Source: an uncultured bacterium
Lineage (GTDB): Bacteria; Auribacterota; Erginobacteria; Erginobacterales; CAZKCI01
Assembly (NCBI GenBank): GCA_964551475.1
Contig: CAZKCI010000034.1
Location: 9,326-41,325 of the forward strand
Direction of reading: 5' to 3'
DNA length: 32,000 bases
The notes under the pieces were generated by a model, which saw nothing but the letters and a program-made list of their open reading frames with translations, had not been told where the DNA came from and made no database searches. Shown piece by piece: positions 17,652-24,058 of this stretch; within the stretch, counting starts at the first letter, position 1; each line of letters opens with the position of its first letter. Both the position numbers and the translations under genes were made by a program.

Positions 17652-20150
17652 CTATTCTTTCAGATCCAGCATCGACCGGACCTGGATGGCCAGCTCCTTC
17701 AGGGAAAACGGCTTCTGGATGAAATGGGTCCCCTCGTCCAGGACGCCCCGAGGGGCGATGAAGTTGGCCGTGTAACCGGACATGTAGAGGCATTTCATGC
17801 CCGGCCGCGTCAGGAGGATCCGCTCCGCCAGCTCCCGGCCGTTCAGGTCGGGCATCACCACGTCGGTCATCAGCAGGTGGATCTCGCCGTCGTGCTCGCC
17901 CGCCAGGCGGATGGCCTCGTGCGGGGAGGCCGCGGTCAGCACGGCGTAGTTCAGCTTGTCCAGGATGGTTCGGGCGAGCTTCCGGATGGAGGGCTCGTCC
18001 TCCACCAGGAGTATCGTCTCCCCGCGTCCGCGGGGGACCTCCCCCTTGATCTTTACCCTTTCCGGCTCCGCGGGGCCGGTGTAGCGGGGCAGGTAGATCT
18101 TGAAGGTGGTGCCCTGCGCCGGCTCGCTGTAGACGTGGAGGAAACCGTGGTTCTGCTTGACGATGCCGAAGACCGTGGCCAGTCCCAGTCCGGTTCCCTT
18201 GCCCACCCCCTTGGTGGTGAAAAAGGGCTCGAAGATCTTCTCCTGCGTCGTCCGGTCCATGCCGCAGCCGTTGTCGTTCACGGCCAGGAGGACGTACTCC
18301 CCGGGCGCGAAATCGCCGTGATCGGCGCAGTAGTCCTGGTCGAAGGTGACGTTGCCGGTCTCGATGACGATCCGCCCGACGTCCTTGATGGCGTCCCGGG
18401 CGTTGACGCAGAGATTGGCCAGGATCTGATCGATCTGGACGGGATCGATCCGGACCGACCACGGGTTGTTGGCGGGCCGCCAGGAGAGATCGATGTTCTC
18501 CCCGATCAGCCGCCGGATAATCTTCAGCATTCCTTCCACGACGTCGTTCAGGTCCAGAATCCGGGGGGCGATGGTCTCCTTGCGGGCGAAGGCGAGGAGC
18601 TGGCGGGTGATGCCCGCGCTTCTCTTGGCCGCGTTATAGATCTCCCGGAGGTCGCCCTGCAGGGGGTCGTTCTCCTCGACCTTTCCCAGGGCCAGCTCCG
18701 TGTAGCCGAGTATGGCGGAGAGCATGTTGTTGAAATCGTGGGCTACCCCTCCCGCCAGGCTCCCCACCAACTCCATCTTCTGGGCCAGGATCAGCTGAGC
18801 CTGGAGCGTCTGCTTCTCCGCGGCCGCGCGCTTCGAGGCGGTGATGTCCATGATGTTGCCGGTCACCCGCACCGCTTTCCCTTTATCCATCACCGGGCGG
18901 CCGGTGGAGCGCACCCAGATATGCTCTCCGTTCGCGCGGACCATCTCCAGCTCCAGGTCGTAGGGTTCGCCTTGTTCTATGGCCCGCAGGAAAGCCTTTT
19001 CGATGACGGGGGCCGAGCCGGGCGCGTAGAAGCCGGGGTCGCGGCTCAGACGGTCGGGATCCTGATCGCGGCCGACGCCGTAGATCCGGTACACCTCGTC
19101 GGTCCAGATGATCCGTCGGGTGGAGGCGTCGTATTCCCAGCCCCCCAGGCCGGCCACGGCCTGGGTTTCCGCGAGGAGGCGGTGGGTCCGGCTCAAGTCC
19201 GCGTTGGCCTCGCTCAGCTCGCGCGTGCGGGTGGCCACCTGGCGCCGCAGGAGGAAGGTGAAGAGGCCGATCACCGCCAAAAGCCCCGTGATGATCGCCA
19301 GGACCGTCTTGATATAGGGCGGGATGATCGCCCGCGGCTCGATGTCCATCCAGCGCCGGAGCGACCGGTAGTAGGCCGAGCCGGGGTTGTTCTTCATCGA
19401 CACGATGTGGCGGTCGATGGTCTCGACCAATTCCGGGTCGATCCCCTGGCGGAAGGCGAAGAAGAGGTTCTCCGGGCGGAAGATGACGTGCGACGGCTCG
19501 AGGTCGGCGTCCCGATCCGGCGAGAAGGTGAAGAAGCGGGTGGCCACCATGACCGCGGCCGCCCCGGACTTCACCGCCCGGACGCCGGCCGGATAGTCGG
19601 GATAGGTGAGGAGTGTGAAATCGACATCGAAGGTGGGCCGGATCTCCTCGCGCAGGTATTTCTCCTGGACCGACCCCTCCAGGACGGCGATGGTTTTTCC
19701 GTTCAGGTCGCGGATCGAGCCGATCTTGTGCGCGCTGGTGGAGTAGACGTCGAGCCAGGATTCCAGCACGAAATTGCGGTTGAAGACGAAGCGCTGTTCC
19801 CGCTCCCGCGAGAAGGAGACGTCCACCATGAGGTCGATCTCGCCGTCGGCCAGGCGGCCCAGGTTCTCCGACCAGGTCCCGTAGACATACTCGATGGTCC
19901 AGTTCTCCCTCCGCGCGATGTCTTCCAGGATGTCGACGAAGATTCCCTGCGGCACGCCCTTGCCGTTGACAAAGACCTTGGGCTGGTTCTGGTAGATGCC
20001 GGTCTGGAGCGTCAGGGCCCGGGCGGGAGCGGGAGAGAGGAGGATCGCCGCGGCGAAAAGCAGGGCGCCGAGGAAGAAAAATCCCGGCCGGATATCTCTA
20101 TCCGGGCCGGGAGGGTCGAAACCAGATCCGCTATCCCCGTGTTGTCTCAT
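17652..20150 (-). CDS. hybrid sensor histidine kinase: periplasmic SBP(type 3)-like domain, TM, PAS, HisKA, HATPase_c, receiver
   Basis: N-terminal solute-binding-like region (IYQNQPKVFVNGKG...DLMVDVSFSREREQ...IAVLEGS). PAS-like WEYD...IIWTDEVYRIYG. H-box LAGGVAHDFNNML. N/G boxes NLCVNARDA and GKGTGLGLATV. Receiver ILLVEDEPSIR...LLMTDVVMPDLNG. Confidence 0.92.
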   Translation of the reverse strand: MRQHGDSGSGFDPPGPDRDIRPGFFFLGALLFAAAILLSPAPARALTLQTGIYQNQPKVFVNGKGVPQGIFVDILEDIARRENWTIEYVYGTWSENLGRLADGEIDLMVDVSFSREREQRFVFNRNFVLESWLDVYSTSAHKIGSIRDLNGKTIAVLEGSVQEKYLREEIRPTFDVDFTLLTYPDYPAGVRAVKSGAAAVMVATRFFTFSPDRDADLEPSHVIFRPENLFFAFRQGIDPELVETIDRHIVSMKNNPGSAYYRSLRRWMDIEPRAIIPPYIKTVLAIITGLLAVIGLFTFLLRRQVATRTRELSEANADLSRTHRLLAETQAVAGLGGWEYDASTRRIIWTDEVYRIYGVGRDQDPDRLSRDPGFYAPGSAPVIEKAFLRAIEQGEPYDLELEMVRANGEHIWVRSTGRPVMDKGKAVRVTGNIMDITASKRAAAEKQTLQAQLILAQKMELVGSLAGGVAHDFNNMLSAILGYTELALGKVEENDPLQGDLREIYNAAKRSAGITRQLLAFARKETIAPRILDLNDVVEGMLKIIRRLIGENIDLSWRPANNPWSVRIDPVQIDQILANLCVNARDAIKDVGRIVIETGNVTFDQDYCADHGDFAPGEYVLLAVNDNGCGMDRTTQEKIFEPFFTTKGVGKGTGLGLATVFGIVKQNHGFLHVYSEPAQGTTFKIYLPRYTGPAEPERVKIKGEVPRGRGETILLVEDEPSIRKLARTILDKLNYAVLTAASPHEAIRLAGEHDGEIHLLMTDVVMPDLNGRELAERILLTRPGMKCLYMSGYTANFIAPRGVLDEGTHFIQKPFSLKELAIQVRSMLDLKE

Positions 20151-20191
20151 GCTGACTTCCGCCGGGATCGCATTGACCTACACCACATGAA

Positions 20192-20220
20192 ATTATCCGC
20201 CCTCCGCCGGGGTCCGTCAA
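20192..20220 (-). promoter_or_regulatory. candidate sigma70-type promoter TTGACG-N17-GATAAT for the hybrid kinase
   Basis: The minus strand reads TTGACGGACCCCGGCGGAGGGCGGATAAT, about 40 nt upstream of ATG 20150. Confidence 0.4.
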
Positions 20221-20358
20221 GGTGAATATCGCGGCCGGGGTAATGCTTGACGGGATCGCTGAACGCGAGGATGCTTTGTCCTGTCAGGTCAAACGAATCC
20301 GGCTGCCGAGGAGCGCCATGACCATGTCTCGCATCTCCGCCGCGCGCTGGTTCGACTG

Positions 20359-20410
20359 AGGGACGGTGGCAACTTGTCAATTTGCAAGTTGACAAGTTGC
20401 CACCGTCCCT
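20359..20410 (-). terminator. perfect 22-bp-arm palindrome (8-nt centre), 11 nt after the stop of 20422..21672
   Basis: AGGGACGGTGGCAACTTGTCAA (20359..20380) and TTGACAAGTTGCCACCGTCCCT (20389..20410) are exact reverse complements. It shares its outer 10 bp and the flanking GGTCCC with the palindrome at 23985..24035. Confidence 0.6.
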
Positions 20411-20421
20411 GGTCCCCTTGC

Positions 20422-21672
20422 CTATTTAACCCCGACCGAGACGTCGATCAGTCCGAAAGTCCCCGCGAAATCCTCCCGCGCCTTGCCGATCACGGAGGCG
20501 GCCTCGGCGAAGGACTGCGGCTCGCCCTTCATCGCCACACCCGGCACGGAGCTGGGGACGATGAGGTCCCCGCTCGCGATCGCGCCGCCCTCTCCGTTCA
20601 CCTTGACCTTGACGTTCCCCAGGTAGGCCACGGGGACCAGCGGGAAGTCGGACATCTTCTTCCCCTCGTCCGCGATGGCCTTCTTCAGCTCGGAGGGGAT
20701 GGAGATGAACCCCTCCGGCGGACAGATAACGCCGACGACAGCCCGGTCGAAGGCGCCCCGGCTCTTGACCGCCTTTTTGTTGATCGCGCAGACGATATCC
20801 CCGATCTCGTATGATCCCTTGTCCTGTCCCTCGGGGACGAAGTGCATGGAGATATAGGGGGAGAAGGTATTCCAGGCATACCGGGCCAGACCGGCGCCGC
20901 CGTCGGTGAATTCGAACTGCAGGAGCCCGTCACCGTCATAGAACGCCGCGATGCAGTAGTTTCCGGCCCCCCGGTCCCCGTCCCCCTTGACGTAAAGGCC
21001 CGGCTGGCTGGTGTCGCCGTTGATGTGCAGGCTGGCCAGGGGGTTCTCCGTGCCGATGCCGAAATCACCCGAGCGTGTGAATGTGAACCGCTTCTCGTTG
21101 CTGGTTTCGTCCTTGATGTAGAGCTCGTTGTTGTTGCCATGATAGTAGAGACTCATCGCGATCGCGTTGCTCTCGTAGAAGTCGATGGCGCTGCTCGAGT
21201 TGGCGCCGGACCCGTGGAGGGCGAGGATGGCGGTGGAGTCGGCGGGGTCGTTGCTGTCGAAGATATCCAGCTCGGAGACGGGCGAGGCGGTCCCGATGCC
21301 GACGTAGCCGGTGCCGTTATAGCGAAGGCCGCCGGTGGTCAGGGCCCAGTGGCTCACGCCTCCCCCGATCACCGCGTCGTCGCCGGTGGATCCGAACCAA
21401 ACCCGGGTGACGTTCCGAACCGTCCACATGCTCTCCGACGGGCGATAGACGGCGGCGTCGCTCCTGCCGTCACCGTTGTAGTCGTCGCAGAGGACCTGGT
21501 CGGCGGAGTTCCCGAAGTAAAAGTTGGTCACCCCGTAGGCCACCCACTTGCACTGGGAGCGGCGGAAGATCGTCGGCTCCCCCCGCCCGTCGCCGTTGAA
21601 GTCCGACGCCGGCGCGGAAAAGGCCCCGCCCCACCCCAGTGCTAACACGATTGCCGCTGCGATCATCCTCAT
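20422..21672 (-). CDS. secreted protein with two N-terminal FG-GAP/VCBS-like repeats and an uncharacterised C-terminal region
   Basis: AAGGAGGTG lies 5 nt before ATG 21672. MRMIAAAIVLALGWGGAFSAP signal peptide. SDFNGDGRGEPTIFRR... and DDYNGDGRSDAAVYRPSESMWTVRNVTRVWFG repeats. Then G(Y/F)(V/G)GIGT..P...L.I motifs (twice) and a C-terminal GDLIVPSSVPGVAMK-containing domain. No family assigned. Confidence 0.85.
   Translation of the reverse strand: MRMIAAAIVLALGWGGAFSAPASDFNGDGRGEPTIFRRSQCKWVAYGVTNFYFGNSADQVLCDDYNGDGRSDAAVYRPSESMWTVRNVTRVWFGSTGDDAVIGGGVSHWALTTGGLRYNGTGYVGIGTASPVSELDIFDSNDPADSTAILALHGSGANSSSAIDFYESNAIAMSLYYHGNNNELYIKDETSNEKRFTFTRSGDFGIGTENPLASLHINGDTSQPGLYVKGDGDRGAGNYCIAAFYDGDGLLQFEFTDGGAGLARYAWNTFSPYISMHFVPEGQDKGSYEIGDIVCAINKKAVKSRGAFDRAVVGVICPPEGFISIPSELKKAIADEGKKMSDFPLVPVAYLGNVKVKVNGEGGAIASGDLIVPSSVPGVAMKGEPQSFAEAASVIGKAREDFAGTFGLIDVSVGVK
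21361..21609 (-). repeat. two coding copies of the 40-aa repeat, here at the N-terminus
   Basis: Residues ~22-104 of the 20422..21672 product. Confidence 0.8.
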
Positions 21673-21796
21673 GCCGCACCTCCTTTTTCAAGACATCGAT
21701 TTATAGGCCCGATCTCCGTCTCAAGCCGGACCAGAGCGATCGAGCGCGACGGGCTTGGCCGTCGGCCGCTGTCCTCTACCCGCTTTCCTCCATCCT

Positions 21797-23497
21797 CTAT
21801 CTCGTCACCGGCGCGTCCCCCGTCGCCCCGAAATACACCCGGGTGAGATCCCTCACCGACCACATCCCCGCCGTGTCGCGGAAGACCCCCGCCTCATCGA
21901 CTCCATCCCCGTCATAGTCGGCCGGGAGAGCCCGGTCGCCGGTGCTCCCCAGATAGACCCGCGTCACGTTCCGGATGGACCACATACCGGTCGAGGGACG
22001 GAAGATTCCGGCCTCCCATCTCCCCGCGCCGGTGTAGTCCCCGGGGACGAGATCGTCGGTCGACGAGCCGAAATAGAACCTCGTCAGGTTCCGCACCGAC
22101 CACATCCCCGAAGATCCCCGGAAGATGGCGATGTCCCTGGCGGAGTCCGCGTCGTAGTAGCCGGGGATCACGGTATCGCCCGTGGAACCGAGGTAGATCC
22201 TGGTCAGATCCCGGATCGACCAGAGGCCGGAGGACTCGCGGAATATCCCCGCCTCGGCGACGCCGTCGCCGTTGTAGTCGCCCGTTGCCGGCTGATCGTT
22301 GGCGGCGCCGAGATAGAAGCGGGTGAGGCCCCGCACCGACCACATGCCGCTGGTCCCCCGGAAGACGGCGATGTCCGTCGTCCCGTCGCCGTCGTAGTCA
22401 GCCGGGACCAGGGAGTCGGTCGAGTTCCCGAAATAGGCGCGGGTGAGGTCCCGCACCGACCACATCCCCGTGCTCCCCCGGAAGACGGCGATGTCGCTCG
22501 TCCCGTCGCCGTCGTAGTCGTGGATCCAGGAGCGGGAACCGGAGGAGAGTTCTCCCCGGAAGATGTTTCCTCCTCCATCGCCGGCCCAGATCCCGCCGGG
22601 GCAGAGGCCGAGAGAGTCGATCCTGCTGCCGGAGAGATCGCCCGCGAGTGCCCAGTCCGAACCGTTGAAATAATAAACATAGCCGTAGTCGCCCCCGGCC
22701 CAGATGCTCTGGGCGTCTCTATCCGCGATCGAGAACATGTCCACCGGGTCCCCGTGGACGGAGACAAGCTGTGTGAACACGGACCACTCGCTCCCGTCAT
22801 AGTGGAGGATGTAGCCCTTGTCCCCCACCGCCCAGACATCGGTCTGGCTGACCGCGCAGATGTCCCGCAGGTTCGTTCCCATACCCCAGTCGACCTCGTA
22901 TTGGAGCGACCAGGAGCTGCCGTCGAAGAAGAGTATCTGCTCCGGGCCGGCGTAGGGTCCCCCCACGGCCCAGATGTGGCTGTTGTCCGTCCCGTCTATC
23001 CCTTGCCACAGATAGGTCGGATTGGTGACAAAAGTCCAGTCGGCTCCTCCGTCCAGGGAGCGGTAGATGTTGGCTCCGACCGCCCAGACATTATTCGAGT
23101 CGGCGGCGAAAACATCGTTGAGCCAGGTGGCGTATAAGATCGTGGTCTGGACAATCCAGGACGAACCATTGAAATAATAGATCATCCCGGCGCTGGAGTT
23201 GTCTCCGACCGCCCAGACATGAGTGGCGTCGTAGGCCCTGATCCCGCGCAGCTCGCCGGTCTGGACGGCGTAGACAGCCGTCTCCAAAGCCCAGGAGGCG
23301 CCGTCATAGTGGAAGAGCCTGCCCTGCCCCGAAAGATTCCCCGCTATTCCCCAGACGTCGCCCGAGTCAAGCGCCGCCAGGCCGACCACCGAATACGCGC
23401 CCAGGTCGGTGGAAAGGCTCCACTCCTGGGCGGGCAGGCGGGGGACCCATTGACAGCAACTAAACAAGAACAACAGGACGGCGGCTAATCTTTTCAC
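21797..23497 (-). CDS. secreted protein: 7-blade [VI]WA[VG]G beta-propeller-like N-terminal half plus six FG-GAP/VCBS-like repeats
   Basis: GTG 23497 is preceded by GGGGAGG. MKRLAAVLLFLFSCCQWVPRLPA signal peptide. Seven units of ..VWAVG..G.I..YDGS.W. (DVWGIAG, HVWAVGD, NVWAVGA, HIWAVGG, DVWAVGD, SIWAGGD, GIWAGDG). Six 40-aa repeats ending GDAPVTR-stop. Confidence 0.9.
   Translation of the reverse strand: MKRLAAVLLFLFSCCQWVPRLPAQEWSLSTDLGAYSVVGLAALDSGDVWGIAGNLSGQGRLFHYDGASWALETAVYAVQTGELRGIRAYDATHVWAVGDNSSAGMIYYFNGSSWIVQTTILYATWLNDVFAADSNNVWAVGANIYRSLDGGADWTFVTNPTYLWQGIDGTDNSHIWAVGGPYAGPEQILFFDGSSWSLQYEVDWGMGTNLRDICAVSQTDVWAVGDKGYILHYDGSEWSVFTQLVSVHGDPVDMFSIADRDAQSIWAGGDYGYVYYFNGSDWALAGDLSGSRIDSLGLCPGGIWAGDGGGNIFRGELSSGSRSWIHDYDGDGTSDIAVFRGSTGMWSVRDLTRAYFGNSTDSLVPADYDGDGTTDIAVFRGTSGMWSVRGLTRFYLGAANDQPATGDYNGDGVAEAGIFRESSGLWSIRDLTRIYLGSTGDTVIPGYYDADSARDIAIFRGSSGMWSVRNLTRFYFGSSTDDLVPGDYTGAGRWEAGIFRPSTGMWSIRNVTRVYLGSTGDRALPADYDGDGVDEAGVFRDTAGMWSVRDLTRVYFGATGDAPVTR
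21800..22522 (-). repeat. six tandem 120-bp coding repeats (FG-GAP/VCBS-like)
   Basis: Units start HDYDGDG, ADYDGDG, GDYNGDG, GYYDADS, GDYTGAG and ADYDGDG. The 20-mer GTCCCGTCGCCGTCGTAGTC at 22380 and 22500 is identical to 9781 and 10021 in the 1347-aa gene. Confidence 0.9.
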
Positions 23498-23984
23498 ATC
23501 GGGTTCCTCCCCTTGGAGATGGTATCTCCCGGTTAGTCTGATCCCACAGCTCGCCTATGAGTAGTTCAGCTCCGACTCCCTCTGCCGGATCCGGGCCTCA
23601 AGCTTGTTCTGCCACTTCCGGTCTTCGGTGTTCGCTCTGGTTTTGTTCATCTCGTCGCCGGCTGTTTGGTTCGTTCTCTCCGTGACAGCTCTTTCTGATG
23701 CGGTTCTCCGAGTGATATTACAGGGTAGCAAGAACCGTTCCGGATCGGCGGGTAATTTGAAATCGAGACACAACCGCCTAGGGAGCAACGAGATAATGGA
23801 CCGACCGGGATTGGGGCGGACGCGAAAGAGGGGAGAAGACGATGCAGCAATGCAACGCTTTTTCGGACGGGCATCCGGAAAGGGTGTGGTCCGAAAAACG
23901 CTCCCTGGTATAACCCGTTCATCCGACAGGCCTTGCGTACCGGTCGGGTTATCTCCGCCCGCCGATCCGTCTATAGAAGGGAGG
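23498..23984 (-). other. ~490-bp ORF-poor, visibly less GC-rich, highly structured leader/spacer upstream of 21797..23497
   Basis: No convincing ORF on either strand. Nested inverted repeats: 23741..23752 / 23958..23969 (12 bp), 23801..23808 / 23940..23947 (8 bp), 23859..23868 / 23889..23898 (10 bp), 23910..23917 / 23945..23952 (8 bp). GGAGAT-N3-ATCTCC hairpin at 23515..23529, abutting the SD. Confidence 0.4.
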
Positions 23985-23998
23985 AGGGACGGTGTCAA
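23970..23998 (-). promoter_or_regulatory. candidate sigma70-type promoter TTGACA-N17-TATAGA embedded in the left arm of the palindrome
   Basis: The minus strand reads TTGACACCGTCCCTCCTCCCTTCTATAGA. It would give a ~465-nt leader for 21797..23497. Confidence 0.4.
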
Positions 23999-24035
23999 AT
24001 TGTTAAGTTCAACTTAACAATTTGACACCGTCCCT
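23985..24035 (-). terminator. perfect 25-bp-arm palindrome (1-nt centre) downstream of the stop of 24057..25319
   Basis: AGGGACGGTGTCAAATTGTTAAGTT (23985..24009), c, AACTTAACAATTTGACACCGTCCCT (24011..24035): exact reverse complements. Confidence 0.6.
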
Positions 24036-24058
24036 GGTCCCTACCGTCCCTGGTCCCT
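24027..24058. repeat. 16-bp direct repeat ACCGTCCCTGGTCCCT x2 between the palindrome and the stop codon
   Basis: 24027..24042 and 24043..24058. The 15-mer ACCGTCCCTGGTCCC also occurs at 20402..20416 next to the other palindrome. Confidence 0.7.

Noticed and set aside
20147-20814. ORFs 20147..20395 (-) and 20374..20814 (+), which begin with mirror-image peptides MSTCKLTSCHRP and MSICKLTSCHRP.
   Set aside because: Both start inside the perfect palindrome, so the shared peptide is a geometric artefact. The remainder overlaps real genes or non-coding sequence with poor composition.
9441-22522. Regular 120-bp tandem periodicity, which could be mistaken for a CRISPR-like or satellite array.
   Set aside because: The repeats are in-frame coding units of secreted proteins (40-aa blades). 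There are no unique spacers, no cas genes, and the units are only partially identical.
23555-24017. ORFs 23555..23998 (-, 147 aa) and 23604..24017 (+, 137 aa), and tiny ORFs (31 aa MNKTRANTEDRKWQNKLEARIRQRESELNYS; 23 aa MQQCNAFSDGHPERVWSEKRSLV) in the long spacer.
   Set aside because: The long ones lack an SD, have atypical composition, and run through the strongest hairpins and the palindrome. The tiny ones cannot be supported from sequence alone. The region is treated as non-coding or structured pending conservation data.
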